Assembly (NCBI RefSeq): GCF_000039765.1
Contig: NC_004459.3
Coordinates: 1,770,001-1,802,000, forward strand
DNA from: Vibrio vulnificus CMCP6
GTDB lineage: Bacteria; Pseudomonadota; Gammaproteobacteria; Enterobacterales; Vibrionaceae
Length of the DNA stretch: 32,000 nucleotides
Direction: 5' to 3'
Shown here piece by piece: positions 7,368-16,909 of this stretch. Numbering within the stretch: position 1 is the first letter of the stretch; every line of letters begins with the position of its first letter. The notes under the pieces are model-generated. The model saw only the letters and a program-made list of their open reading frames with translations, ran no database searches and was not told where the DNA came from. The position numbers and the translations under genes are program-made.

Positions 7368-8135
7368 TTATTCGCCTGCGACAACGCAAGGGATCTGCTG
7401 CTCTTTCAAAATCGCCGTGATCTCTTCTGGTGGCTGTTCATTGGTGATCAGCATATTGATTTGCGAAATATTCCCCAGCTTAACCATCGCATTGCGGCCA
7501 AATTTACTGTGGTCAACGGCCAGATACACGCTGCGACTGTTTTCGATGATAGCTTGTTTCACGCGCACTTCATGGTAGTCGAAATCGAGCAGTGAGCCAT
7601 CGTAATCGATGCCACTGATGCCTAGAATGCCGAAGTCCAAACGGAACTGCTTGATGAAGTCGAGTGTTGCTTCACCGACGATACCGCCATCACGGTTGCG
7701 AACTTCGCCACCGGCGAGAATCACTTTAATCTCAGGATTGCTCAGCAAAATACTGGCAACGTTGATGTTGTTGGTGACAACGCGCAGTTGCTTGTGGTTT
7801 TTATTCAGTGCTTTGGCCACCGCTTCTGGTGTGGTGCCGATATCAATAAACAGCGTTGCTCCATCGGGAATGTGCTGCACCAACTCTTCGGCAATCAAAT
7901 CTTTTTCGGTGAAATGTTCTTTTTTGCGCGTGGAGTAAGAGGTGTTCTCTGAACTCAGTGGGATGGTCGCACCACCATGGTAGCGGCGAATTTTGTTTGC
8001 ATCGGCAAGCTCATTCAGATCGCGGCGAATCGTTTGTGGGCTGACATTGAACTTCTCGACTAGCTCGTCGGTGCTCACGTAGCCTTGTTTTTTCACCATC
8101 TCGATAATTTGTTGGTGTCTTGGAATCTGTTTCAC
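7368..8135 (-). CDS. glpR: DeoR-family glycerol-3-phosphate regulon repressor GlpR
   Basis: From GTG 8135 the product VKQIPRHQQIIEMVKKQGYVSTDELVEKFNVSPQTIRRDLNELA aligns collinearly with the remembered E. coli GlpR (MKQTQRHNGIIELVKQQGYVSTEELVEHFSVSPQTIRRDLNELA). An SD GGGAGA lies upstream. The ORF-track start at 8189 adds 18 unsupported codons. Confidence 0.85.
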   Translation of the reverse strand: MKQIPRHQQIIEMVKKQGYVSTDELVEKFNVSPQTIRRDLNELADANKIRRYHGGATIPLSSENTSYSTRKKEHFTEKDLIAEELVQHIPDGATLFIDIGTTPEAVAKALNKNHKQLRVVTNNINVASILLSNPEIKVILAGGEVRNRDGGIVGEATLDFIKQFRLDFGILGISGIDYDGSLLDFDYHEVRVKQAIIENSRSVYLAVDHSKFGRNAMVKLGNISQINMLITNEQPPEEITAILKEQQIPCVVAGE

Positions 8136-8269
8136 TTTGTCTCCCTGATGCCTCTGCCTCAATGATCCTTTTGGCAGAAATGCTGGCATTCGAAAATAAT
8201 CACTCAGGCTATTGTGCGCTAAATGATGAGTTCATAGAAGTTGTCGAGGTCAAGAATTCGTGTGAAACA

Positions 8270-8297
8270 ACAAAAAAGGGCGTCAAAAGACGCCCAA
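8270..8297 (-). terminator. glpK (glpFK operon) rho-independent terminator
   Basis: GGGCGTC-aaaa-GACGCCC is a perfect 7-bp stem; on the minus strand it is followed by TTTTTTGTTG, 21 nt after the glpK stop. Confidence 0.7.
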
Positions 8298-8315
8298 AAT
8301 TGGGGGGAGGTGATT

Positions 8316-9833
8316 TTAATCTTCGAGATCGCGCAATTCAGACCAAGTTTGCGCACATTTGACTGCGCGTTTCCAGCCTTTATAGCGTCGGCTGCGTTTC
8401 TCTTCATCTTGATGAGGAAGGAAGCTGCGGTCGATCTCTGCTTTGCCTTGAAGTTCATCAATACTGTTCCAGTACCCCACGGCTAAGCCCGCTAGGTACG
8501 CAGCGCCCAGCGCGGTCACTTCGGTGACTTTTGGACGATGCACTTCGGTATCAAGCACATCAGATTGGAACTGCATGAGGAAGTTGTTGGCGACAGCGCC
8601 GCCATCAACGCGTAGGGCAGAAAGCTTAATGCCTGAGTCTGCTTGCATTGCGTCCAGTACATCACGGGTTTGGTAGGCAATGCCTTCTAACGTTGCACGG
8701 ATGATGTGGTTTGAGTTAACGCCACGAGTGAGGCCAACAATGGTACCGCGAGCATAGGCATCCCAGTACGGTGCGCCTAAGCCCGTAAAGGCTGGCACCA
8801 CATACACGCCGTTTGAGGTGTCCACTTTTGTGGCGAAGTATTCGGAATCGTGCGCATCGGAAATCAGTTTCAGCTCATCACGCAGCCACTGAATCGAAGC
8901 GCCGCCCATAAATACCGCACCTTCCAGTGCGTAGGCTGGCTCACCTTTTGGTCCACACGCGAGTGTGGTCAACAAACCGTTGCGTGAGGTCACTTTCTCT
9001 TGTCCGGTGTTCATCAACAAGAAACAGCCAGTTCCGTAGGTATTTTTCGCTTGGCCAGCTTCAACACACATTTGGCCGTACAGCGCCGCTTGTTGGTCAC
9101 CCGCAATGCCTGAGATAGGAATACGCGTACCGCCTTTACCACCGATGTTGGTTTGGCCGTAAATTTCTGATGAGCGTTTTACTTCCGGCATCATTGACGC
9201 TGGAATGCCCATTTCTTCGAGCAGTTTGCTATCCCAACATAGGTCATTGATGTTGAACAGCATGGTGCGAGAGGCGTTGGTGTAGTCGGTGACGTGCACG
9301 CGGCCTTGGGTCATCTTCCAGACTAGCCAAGTATCGACAGTACCAAACAGCAGTTTGCCCGCTTCGGCGTCTTCACGTGCCCCTTCAACATTGTCGAGAA
9401 TCCATTTTACTTTGGTGCCCGAGAAGTAAGGGTCAAGTACAAGGCCGGTGTTTTCGCGAATGTAAGATTCCAATCCGCGCGCTTTTAGGTCCTCACAGAT
9501 GTCGGCGGTACGACGGCACTGCCAAACAATGGCGTTGTAAACAGGTTTGCCTGTTTCTTTGTTCCAAACGATGGTGGTTTCACGTTGGTTGGTGATACCG
9601 ATGGCAGCCACTTGGTCACTGCGGATGCCTTTTTTACCCAATGCTTCAACGAGTGTCGAGCTCTGAGTGGCGTAAATTTCCATTGGATCATGTTCTACCC
9701 AGCCTGCTTGTGGGTAAATCTGAGTGAATTCGCGCTGGGAGACAGAAACGATGTTCGCGTCGTGATCTAAAACCACAGCACGAGAGCTGGTGGTGCCTTG
9801 GTCCAGTGCAACGATGTACTTCTGCTCAGTCAT
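8316..9833 (-). CDS. glpK: Glycerol kinase GlpK
   Basis: 505 aa. [41 protein letters not shown]... is collinear and highly similar to the remembered E. coli GlpK over the full length. Confidence 0.95.
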   Translation of the reverse strand: MTEQKYIVALDQGTTSSRAVVLDHDANIVSVSQREFTQIYPQAGWVEHDPMEIYATQSSTLVEALGKKGIRSDQVAAIGITNQRETTIVWNKETGKPVYNAIVWQCRRTADICEDLKARGLESYIRENTGLVLDPYFSGTKVKWILDNVEGAREDAEAGKLLFGTVDTWLVWKMTQGRVHVTDYTNASRTMLFNINDLCWDSKLLEEMGIPASMMPEVKRSSEIYGQTNIGGKGGTRIPISGIAGDQQAALYGQMCVEAGQAKNTYGTGCFLLMNTGQEKVTSRNGLLTTLACGPKGEPAYALEGAVFMGGASIQWLRDELKLISDAHDSEYFATKVDTSNGVYVVPAFTGLGAPYWDAYARGTIVGLTRGVNSNHIIRATLEGIAYQTRDVLDAMQADSGIKLSALRVDGGAVANNFLMQFQSDVLDTEVHRPKVTEVTALGAAYLAGLAVGYWNSIDELQGKAEIDRSFLPHQDEEKRSRRYKGWKRAVKCAQTWSELRDLED

Positions 9834-9900
9834 GGTAGGATCCTTTTGTTTCGTTATTACTATTTTAGTTAATTCTGTGTCGTTCAGTGCAAGCGGCTAA

Positions 9901-10752
9901 TTACGCGCGTGCTTCTTTGGCTTCTTCTTCCGTTTCACATTGGTTCGGAATGGTGCAACCTGAGCCTACTTTCGGTAAGTATGCCGCAATCGCTTTTGGA
10001 TAGAGCCAACCACCAAAACACGCACCGGCAATTGGCGCCAAAATCGGTACGATGAAGTAAGGAATGTCTCGACCACCGCTTAGGGCGTAATCCCAACCTG
10101 CGAAGTAAGCGAACAGTTTTGGTCCGAAGTCACGTGCTGGGTTCATAGCGAAGCCCGTTAGTGGACCTAATGAACCACCGATCACCGCAATCAAGATACC
10201 AATCAACAGTGGGTTCATCGCGCCACGCGGTGCACCATTATGTTCGTCACCTAAGGCGAGGATGGCAAACATCAACACTGCAGTAATGACAAATTCCACC
10301 GCAAACGCACCAAAGAAGGAGAGTGAAGCGTGTGGGTAGGTGGAGAAGATGCCTGCTGTAGCAAGGGCTTCTTGGCTGCTGCGAACAAAGTTATGCGCGA
10401 TCTCGTAGTCAGTAAACAAGTTGCTGTAGAGGGTATAAACCAGAGCCGCAGAGCAGAATGCGCCCAGTAACTGCGCGATGATGTAAGGGACCACTTTCGC
10501 TTTATCGAAGCCGTGGAATGCCGCTAAGGCAATGGTGACCGCGGGGTTGATGTGCGCGCCGGATACCCCAGCCGTACAGTAAATCGCGATCGAGACACCA
10601 AAGCCCCACACGATACTGATTTCCCATTGGCCGAACTGAGCACCAGCAAGCACCAGTGCTGCCACGCAGCCAACACCGAAAAAGATAAGTAGCCCTGTGC
10701 CGATGAATTCGGCCAGGCACTCTCCGAAAAGAGTGTGTTTTTTGTTAGTCAT
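9901..10752 (-). CDS. glpF: Glycerol uptake facilitator GlpF (aquaglyceroporin)
   Basis: 283 aa with six TM segments and two NPA boxes (SGAHINPAVT, AMNPARDFGPK). It sits directly upstream of glpK. Confidence 0.9.
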   Translation of the reverse strand: MTNKKHTLFGECLAEFIGTGLLIFFGVGCVAALVLAGAQFGQWEISIVWGFGVSIAIYCTAGVSGAHINPAVTIALAAFHGFDKAKVVPYIIAQLLGAFCSAALVYTLYSNLFTDYEIAHNFVRSSQEALATAGIFSTYPHASLSFFGAFAVEFVITAVLMFAILALGDEHNGAPRGAMNPLLIGILIAVIGGSLGPLTGFAMNPARDFGPKLFAYFAGWDYALSGGRDIPYFIVPILAPIAGACFGGWLYPKAIAAYLPKVGSGCTIPNQCETEEEAKEARA

Positions 10753-10860
10753 GGTAAGCGTCCTTTAAGTTCACGTTATTTGTGCTTTTTATTATCTACT
10801 GCATGCACACAAGCTATTTTGCACATTTAAACGATTGCGAAAATAAACAAACACTCAAAA

Positions 10861-10874
10861 TGCGCGTTCGAGCA
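10861..10874. promoter_or_regulatory. Candidate GlpR operator upstream of glpFK
   Basis: TGCGCGTTCGAGCA (reverse complement TGCTCGAACGCGCA) is 12/14 identical to the glpD-proximal site at 7220-7233. It lies 109-122 bp upstream of the glpF ATG. Confidence 0.4.
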
Positions 10875-11185
10875 TAAATTCATTAATGAAAGGTAGGTTT
10901 TTTGTTAATTAAGTCATCATTTGAACTTTTTCACTCTTACGGATAAGAAGGCAGCAATAAATCAGCTTCCGTAAGCAATGTTAAAGGAGGTATAGGTGTG
11001 ATGAATGAGTGTAAGTGGCTGTGAATATTACATTTAATTAACGTAAGCGTCTGAAGCTTGTTGTGGAAATGTGATATGAGTTTCGTTGTCTATTGCTGTT
11101 TGGATACGATCTCAGCAGATTGATACAGTTCTGGTCGTACCAATTGGAGTGAAAAGGAAAGCAAAGTGGTTGAGGGCAAATTTTC

Positions 11186-11218
11186 GAAAAAGAAAAGCCC
11201 TTCAGTGATGAAGGGCTC
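11186..11218 (-). terminator. dapD rho-independent terminator
   Basis: AGCCCTTCA-gtga-TGAAGGGCT is a perfect 9-bp stem; the minus strand continues TTTTCTTTTTCG. It lies 31 nt after the dapD stop. Confidence 0.75.
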
Positions 11219-11247
11219 GAACTAACACTATCTCAGAATGCTCGAGA

Positions 11248-12279
11248 TTAGTTGTTTTTGTGCAGCTCGCTGTTGAGCTCTACCGCAGTTTTGTTCGCCA
11301 AGCATTCAATTTGGCCAGTCACTGAGTTGCGACGGAACAGTAGGTCAGATACGCCTGCTAAATCGCGCGCTTTAACCATTTCAACTTCTTGGCCTGTGGA
11401 ATCAAGCATGCGCACTTTAGATCCAGCGGTGACGTAAAGGCCAGATTCTACCGTACAGCGATCACCCAGTGGGAAACCAAGGCCTGCGTTTGCGCCAAGT
11501 AGTGAGTTTTCACCAATAGACACAACCACTTTACCACCGCCAGATAGGGTACCCATGATCGACGCGCCGCCACCAATGTCAGAACCGTTACCGACAACAA
11601 CGCCCGCAGAGATTCGGCCTTCAACCATGCTTACACCTGTGGTGCCCGCATTGAAGTTAATGAAGCCTTCGTGCATGACAGTTGTGCCTTCACCAACGTG
11701 AGCACCAAGACGCACGCGAGACGTGTCCGCGATACGCACGCCTGTTGGTACCACGTAATCCACCATTTTAGGGAACTTGTCGACGCAATCGACAGTGAGT
11801 ACACGGCCAGCTAAACGCGCTTCGATTTGGCGTTCTGCCAGTTCAGGCAGATCGATTGGACCTTCGTTGGTCCATGCGATGTTGTGCAATAGACCGAAAA
11901 TGCCGTCCAGTACAGTACCGTGTGGTTGAACTAGGCGGTTAGAGATGAGTTGCAGTTTTAGGAAACCTTCAGCAACGGTTTGTGGCTGCTCGTCAGTAGC
12001 AAGAATAACCAGTACCAGTGGTTGTGTTGACTCTGCCGCTTTTGCTGCGAAAGAGGCGTTTGCTGCATCACCATTTGCTTGGAACGCTGCTGCCAGTTCT
12101 GCACTTTGCGCCGCAGAGATCTCGATAGCTTGGTTGCCTTGCTCGTAGCCCGCAACGGCTGCTAGAGCGTTGACTAACGCCTCGCTTGGGTTAAGAACTG
12201 GGTTTGGAAAAAACGCTTCGATGATTTTGCCGTCGCGGTTTTTGGTTGCCGTACCAAAGGCGAGAGAAAAGAAAGCCAT
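11248..12279 (-). CDS. dapD: 2,3,4,5-tetrahydropyridine-2,6-dicarboxylate N-succinyltransferase DapD (long ~343-aa form)
   Basis: 343 aa with left-handed beta-helix hexapeptide repeats in the C-terminal half (GVRIADTSRVRLGAHVGEGTTVMHEGFINFNAGT...). Length and N-terminus match the long DapD form of Vibrio/Pseudomonas as I recall it. Confidence 0.85.
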   Translation of the reverse strand: MAFFSLAFGTATKNRDGKIIEAFFPNPVLNPSEALVNALAAVAGYEQGNQAIEISAAQSAELAAAFQANGDAANASFAAKAAESTQPLVLVILATDEQPQTVAEGFLKLQLISNRLVQPHGTVLDGIFGLLHNIAWTNEGPIDLPELAERQIEARLAGRVLTVDCVDKFPKMVDYVVPTGVRIADTSRVRLGAHVGEGTTVMHEGFINFNAGTTGVSMVEGRISAGVVVGNGSDIGGGASIMGTLSGGGKVVVSIGENSLLGANAGLGFPLGDRCTVESGLYVTAGSKVRMLDSTGQEVEMVKARDLAGVSDLLFRRNSVTGQIECLANKTAVELNSELHKNN

Positions 12280-12360
12280 AGTTGATCTCCATGTGTTGAG
12301 TCTTTGTCACGCGCCATTCACTGGCAAGCGCTGGAATTAAGTTATAGCCATCATAAAGAG

Positions 12361-12399
12361 ACAAAAAAAGACTTTAAACCCCTCAAAGGGAGAAAGTCT
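12361..12399 (-). terminator. Second hairpin plus 7-U tract between yebG and dapD
   Basis: On the minus strand AGACTTT-ct-CCCT-ttg-AGGG-gtt-AAAGTCT is followed by TTTTTTTGT. Confidence 0.55.
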
Positions 12400-12461
12400 G
12401 TAGATGGATACCCTTTGTCTTTTTAACGATATATTTCTTCGTATGGCTATTTTGTATTTTG

Positions 12462-12499
12462 TCGCCAAAATCAAAACCGCCGCACAGGGCGACGGTTTT
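12462..12499 (-). terminator. yebG-proximal rho-independent terminator
   Basis: On the minus strand AAAACCGTCGCC-ctgt-GCGGCGGTTTT (one mismatch) is followed by GATTTTGG, about 22 nt after the yebG stop. Confidence 0.55.
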
Positions 12500-12520
12500 A
12501 TTCGACATGGGTTGCGAAGA

Positions 12521-12835
12521 TTAAGCGGCGTCTTCTGCTGATTCGTCTTCGTCGGCTGCGTTATCCGCAACCGCGGCTAGTTTCTTTTCTTTCTTCGGCG
12601 TTGGGCGGCGTTTTGCGCCTAGCGCGTAAAGAAGCTCTTCTTTGTTCTGAGCGAGGAACATCGCCAAGTCTTCTTGTTTGCCTTCATCTTCAAGAAGATC
12701 GCTTTTACCTAGTAAGTCGAAAAGCTCATCTGCCATATCCAGCATTTTGTCGTATGCGTCAGCTTCCGCTTTAGAGGTAAAAGTCATTTTCTCTTCTCCG
12801 TTGCGTTCTACCACGTACTTGACGATAACAGCCAT
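12521..12835 (-). CDS. yebG: DNA damage-inducible protein YebG
   Basis: MAVIVKYVVERNGEEKMTFTSKAEADAYDKMLDMADEL aligns with the remembered E. coli YebG (MAVEVKYVVIREGEEKMSFTSKKEADAYDKMLDTADLL). It has an acidic C-terminal tail, an SD AGAGGA, and a LexA box upstream. Confidence 0.85.
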   Translation of the reverse strand: MAVIVKYVVERNGEEKMTFTSKAEADAYDKMLDMADELFDLLGKSDLLEDEGKQEDLAMFLAQNKEELLYALGAKRRPTPKKEKKLAAVADNAADEDESAEDAA

Positions 12836-12869
12836 GGTTAATCCTCTAAGTTAAATAGTCCAGAATTTG

Positions 12870-12889
12870 TACTGTGTGTTTATACAGCT
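12870..12889. promoter_or_regulatory. LexA (SOS) box in the yebG promoter
   Basis: TACTGTGTGTTTATACAGCT is a perfect CTGT-N8-ACAG core (12872-12887), 37 bp upstream of the yebG ATG. Confidence 0.75.
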
Positions 12890-12939
12890 TTTCATCAGTA
12901 ATGTCCATTGACTCGCGTCAAAATGAGAGCTGAATTCCG

Positions 12940-13836
12940 CTATCGTTCGGGATGCCAATGATGGCAAAAATCGATAAAGGCTTTAAGTAACGGACTTTGA
13001 TACTTTTCTTTGTGCACCAGCAGCCAAAAGCGGCGCTTCATATCGAGCGGCATCGGGATCATTTTGACGCGACCATCTCGCACGGCATGGTCAGCCGAGA
13101 GACGGGATAAGCAACCAAGCCCAAGTCCTGCGGAAACCGAATTGATCAACGCTTCGGTGGTGTTGAGCTGAAAGGCTTCATGCCAATGTTCAATGCGTGG
13201 CGCGATGACTCGATGGAAAAACTCACGCGAGCCAGAGCCGGCTTCGCGCAAAATCCACTGACTGTTCTCCAGCTCAGTGAGTGAAATTGAGCCATTCAGT
13301 TCAAGGGGAAAATCGGGCGGACAAATCACACACATTTCGTCCTCGCTAAACTGGGTCGCATTCAGCTCGGGATGCAGTGTTTTGCCTTCAATCAGGGCGA
13401 TATCAAGCTCGTAATCCACCAACATATCGCAGATCTGCGCCGAATTAGAAATGAACAGGCTCTGTGCTTGATGCTGGGTGTGGCGGCGAAAATCGCTGAG
13501 TAAATAAGGCGCAACTTGGTTGCCGATGGTGTCGCTGGCGCCAATACGAAGTTGGCCTGACAGTGTCATATCTTGATCAAACAGCGACTCAATCGCGCTG
13601 GCTCGGCTCAACAGCTCATCGGCCAATGGCAACAGTTTTTGCCCTTCTTGATTGAGAATCAAACGGTTATTAACGCGATCAAACAGATGATGACCAATTT
13701 GCTTCTCCAACTCGGACAGCGCCATGCTCACTGCCGCTTTGGAAAGAAAGAGACTTTCCGAAGCGGCGGTGAGCGTGTTGTGCTGAGTGATGGTGGTAAA
13801 CACTTTGAGTTGTTTCAGAGAAATGTGACTTGCCAT
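12940..13836 (-). CDS. LysR-family transcriptional regulator
   Basis: 298 aa with an N-terminal wHTH (LKQLKVFTTITQHNTLTAASESLFLSKAAVSMALSELEKQIGHHLFDR) and a LysR substrate-binding domain. It is divergent from the transporter gene, a typical LTTR arrangement. Confidence 0.8.
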   Translation of the reverse strand: MASHISLKQLKVFTTITQHNTLTAASESLFLSKAAVSMALSELEKQIGHHLFDRVNNRLILNQEGQKLLPLADELLSRASAIESLFDQDMTLSGQLRIGASDTIGNQVAPYLLSDFRRHTQHQAQSLFISNSAQICDMLVDYELDIALIEGKTLHPELNATQFSEDEMCVICPPDFPLELNGSISLTELENSQWILREAGSGSREFFHRVIAPRIEHWHEAFQLNTTEALINSVSAGLGLGCLSRLSADHAVRDGRVKMIPMPLDMKRRFWLLVHKEKYQSPLLKAFIDFCHHWHPER

Positions 13837-13944
13837 GCTCTCTCGTTAAATAATCTTGAACGTCGGTTCTAAATAATTAGATATCTTCAAACATTAAGCA
13901 AGCATAAAATAGCGCCATACAAAGATAGCCTTGTTGAGGTCGTG

Positions 13945-14922
13945 ATGATTCAAAGAACAAAAGCAAAAGTAATGGGCGCTCCAACACCGATGGCAGGTTT
14001 GGCGCTTGGTATTGCGAGCTTAGGCTGGAGTTGGGAAAACTTGGCAACATTAAACGGCTATGGACAGTGGATAAGTGCGGCAATTGCCAGCGGTTTGCTG
14101 GTTATCTTGGCGGTGAAATTTCTCTTTCATCACCACTTATTGAGACAAGATTTAGCCCATCCAGTGGTGGGCAGTGTGGTGCCGACATTCGCCATGGCGA
14201 CCATGGTGGTTTCCAATTCGATTGGCCACTTTTCACCGTTGCTGGGGGATACGATCTGGTCAGTGGCGGTGGCATTGCACATCGTATTTTTACTCAGTTT
14301 TGTCTATCACCGCGCGAAAGATTTCGAACTTCATCATATGGTGCCAAGTTGGTTTGTACCCCCGGTCGGTATTATCGTTGCTGATGTTTCTTTCTCAGGC
14401 AACCCAGTGCTTGCTCCCGTAGCGCACGGTGCTTTGGTGTTTGGTATGGTGGCCTACGCGGTGATGTTACCGGTCATGATCTACCGCTTTATGTTTACTC
14501 ATGAAGTCCCTGATGCGGCTAAACCAACGATGGCGATCATGGCCGCACCAGCAAGCCTTTCATTGGCCGGTTATTTAACTGTGACGGCTCAACCTTCGCC
14601 AGTGATTATTGCGTTGCTATTTGGTATTGCCGTGCTGATGACGGCGATTATTTATCTCGCGTTTGTTAAGTTGCTTCGTTTGCCTTTTAGCCCTGGCTAT
14701 GCGGCGTTTACTTTCCCAATGGTAATTGGTGCCACTGCGCTGTTTAAAATGGCTAACTGGATGCAACACGCAGGTTTGGGCAGCCACTATGTTGAACAAG
14801 TGAGAATGCTGGCTGGCGTCGAGCTATTGGTGGCCACCGTTGTGGTGGGATACGTCGCGGTGCAATACTTCTACAATTTAGTGGTGTTGCCAAAACGCAA
14901 CGTGCTTGGAAAATTCGCCTAG
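13945..14922 (+). CDS. TDT (TehA/Mae1/SLAC1-like) family anion/dicarboxylate transporter
   Basis: About 325 aa with roughly 10 predicted TM helices. Size and pattern fit the tellurite-resistance/dicarboxylate transporter family, assigned from overall architecture only. ATG 13945 is preferred (GAGG 5 nt upstream) over GTG 13942. Confidence 0.6.
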   Translation: MIQRTKAKVMGAPTPMAGLALGIASLGWSWENLATLNGYGQWISAAIASGLLVILAVKFLFHHHLLRQDLAHPVVGSVVPTFAMATMVVSNSIGHFSPLLGDTIWSVAVALHIVFLLSFVYHRAKDFELHHMVPSWFVPPVGIIVADVSFSGNPVLAPVAHGALVFGMVAYAVMLPVMIYRFMFTHEVPDAAKPTMAIMAAPASLSLAGYLTVTAQPSPVIIALLFGIAVLMTAIIYLAFVKLLRLPFSPGYAAFTFPMVIGATALFKMANWMQHAGLGSHYVEQVRMLAGVELLVATVVVGYVAVQYFYNLVVLPKRNVLGKFA

Positions 14923-14942
14923 TGTCGAATGGTGTAGAAGTG

Positions 14943-14980
14943 AAAAAACGCCTCGCAGTTCATCATGCGAGGCGTTTTTG
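14943..14980. terminator. Bidirectional rho-independent terminator
   Basis: AAAACGCCTCGCA-gttcatca-TGCGAGGCGTTTT is a 13-bp perfect stem with A/T runs on both sides, between convergent genes. Confidence 0.75.
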
Positions 14981-15003
14981 TTTAGCGGCGAGAAAAACGG
15001 TCG

Positions 15004-16842
15004 TTAGCCCTTGTGATAGAAGCGCGACATCAGCTCCAGTGACTGCTGAATCACATTAACAGGCACTTTATGGTCCTTAACTATCTTCAATTGGTTGTTG
15101 AGCTGTTTTGAGTTCCCTGCGGGGTTAACCACCATCATCATCTCTTGGCCGACGAGTGCATAGTTGTAGTAGCTCCCCGCGATAAACCAATCTCGAGATT
15201 TGGTCGCGTCGAACAAGTTGTCGCCGACGCTGAAATCTGCGGTATTAATTTTATTATCAAAGAGCATTTCCATCAGCGTGGGCACCACATCAAAGTGGGT
15301 GGTGCGATAATCGTAAGTCTTGGCGGTTTGGCCAGGTGCGTAGATGTACAACGGCACGTGGATTTGCGCTTGGCTGTAATTGCCAGAATGCCCCCAATAG
15401 TTCATGCGATTATCGTTAAACTCTTCACCATGATCCGAGGTGATGACCACGATGGTGTTCTCCAAATCAATCTTGCTCAGTACTTTGCCGATTAAGCCAT
15501 CAATGTAGTAGAGCGAATTCTTATAGCGATTATGGTACAGCTCAGCATCAAAATCGTTGTTGAGCAAGATATGATCCACGCGTTCCCAATACGGTGTGAA
15601 TTTCGCACCTTCTGGTTCAGGAAATTCGGTGCCATGGGCAGAGTCGTAGAACAGAAAACCGAAATAGGGCTGATCACTTGGCTGCGCTTCAAAGGCGATA
15701 AAATCTTCAGTAATACGCGCGTCGCGTTCAACTTGTGTTGCTCCTGGCGTCTTCAAGCGCAGATCTTTGACGTTTTTAAAGACAGTGCGTGACAAAGGAG
15801 GGCTGGTCAGCGACGCTGAACCGAAGATCCCCATGCGATATCCGGCGCTTTGCAGGCTATCCATAAACACTGGAGCGGTTTGACTGGCGTAAAAACTGTC
15901 CCAATAGGTGGCAGGCAGGCTATAGAACAGGCTAAACATGCCCGCTTGGGTAGAATTGCCGCCACTCATGTGCTGCGAAAAGTTGGCCGTCTTTTGTGCA
16001 AATTGGCTGACGTTAGGCATAATTTCTGCCGTGGCGTCGCTGTGTCGCCAAGCGTCCACTAAGATAAACAGCACGTTGGGCTGTTTTGTTTGTGTCGGTA
16101 AGCTGACGGGCTCAAGTGGGTAGTCCAGTTGACTGCCCTCGACGTTTTTCAACTCAACGCGATTTTGCGCCGCAATCTTTTCATCGACAAAGCCGTTTTT
16201 GTACATGAAAGAGCGGGCGGTGAGTGGGTAATAAAGCGGCCAGTTATTGGTAAATTGGCTGACTTCATTGTCGTACAACGCATTTTTATACGCATGCACC
16301 ATTTGGCTGCTCAGCAACATCACAAACCATAATGCGACAAAAGCGAATTTGAGTTTGCTGTTAGCGAGAAGCTTGCTGAGCCATACCGCGATGGCGAGGC
16401 CAATGAACATCACCGCAATCTCCGAGATGAAAATCAACCAACTTAACCAAGAGATATTGAAGACTTCGTTCCCGCCATCAAAAAACATGCGGATCAGCAA
16501 GCCATTGATATGAAATTTGTAGTGTTGGAAAACCGTGATATCGATCTTCAGCGCAATCACTAACAGAGCGGCAAGTGTGATGACGATGCCTTTGAACAGT
16601 CGAGTTGGCAACAGTGTCAGTGGAAGACTGAGCAGCATGATGGGTAAGCTGAGTAAACCGAGCCAGCCCAGCTGGGTTGCAATAAGATAGAAGCTTTGTA
16701 GTCCCGATAGATCTTGAGAGGGATCGGATGAGAGTACAAACGGGTAACAGGCGATGGACAGATAAACCGTGAAGCAAGCAAAAAAAGCAATCAGCCACGC
16801 GCTATTGGAGGAGAGTTTTCGCAACATCTTTTTGAATCCCAT
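15004..16842 (-). CDS. YejM/PbgA-like inner-membrane protein (N-terminal multi-TM DUF3413-type domain plus periplasmic sulfatase/alkaline-phosphatase-fold domain)
   Basis: 612 aa with five or so N-terminal TM helices followed by PNVLFILVDAWRHSD, HMSGGNSTQAGMFSLFY and VVITSDHGEEF. These align with the corresponding blocks of the remembered E. coli YejM. The start could also be the Met at 16827. Confidence 0.65.
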   Translation of the reverse strand: MGFKKMLRKLSSNSAWLIAFFACFTVYLSIACYPFVLSSDPSQDLSGLQSFYLIATQLGWLGLLSLPIMLLSLPLTLLPTRLFKGIVITLAALLVIALKIDITVFQHYKFHINGLLIRMFFDGGNEVFNISWLSWLIFISEIAVMFIGLAIAVWLSKLLANSKLKFAFVALWFVMLLSSQMVHAYKNALYDNEVSQFTNNWPLYYPLTARSFMYKNGFVDEKIAAQNRVELKNVEGSQLDYPLEPVSLPTQTKQPNVLFILVDAWRHSDATAEIMPNVSQFAQKTANFSQHMSGGNSTQAGMFSLFYSLPATYWDSFYASQTAPVFMDSLQSAGYRMGIFGSASLTSPPLSRTVFKNVKDLRLKTPGATQVERDARITEDFIAFEAQPSDQPYFGFLFYDSAHGTEFPEPEGAKFTPYWERVDHILLNNDFDAELYHNRYKNSLYYIDGLIGKVLSKIDLENTIVVITSDHGEEFNDNRMNYWGHSGNYSQAQIHVPLYIYAPGQTAKTYDYRTTHFDVVPTLMEMLFDNKINTADFSVGDNLFDATKSRDWFIAGSYYNYALVGQEMMMVVNPAGNSKQLNNQLKIVKDHKVPVNVIQQSLELMSRFYHKG

Positions 16843-16909
16843 AGCGAGTTATAAATAATTTTGATAAAAACGAGCGGAAGTATAAAACAGTGTTTTTTAA
16901 CTTTAAAGA

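Noticed and set aside
8136-8189. 18-codon N-terminal extension of glpR
   Set aside because: Alignment with the remembered E. coli GlpR starts at the GTG at 8135, which has a GGGAGA SD. The upstream codons have no counterpart.
10920-10935. TTTGA-ACTTTT-TCACT as a CRP site upstream of glpFK
   Set aside because: It matches only about 7/10 of the consensus and lies about 170 bp from the start codon, which is too weak to call.
12337-12570. 77-aa minus-strand ORF between yebG and dapD
   Set aside because: It overlaps the yebG 3' end out of frame and runs through two terminator hairpins, so it is not plausible as a CDS.
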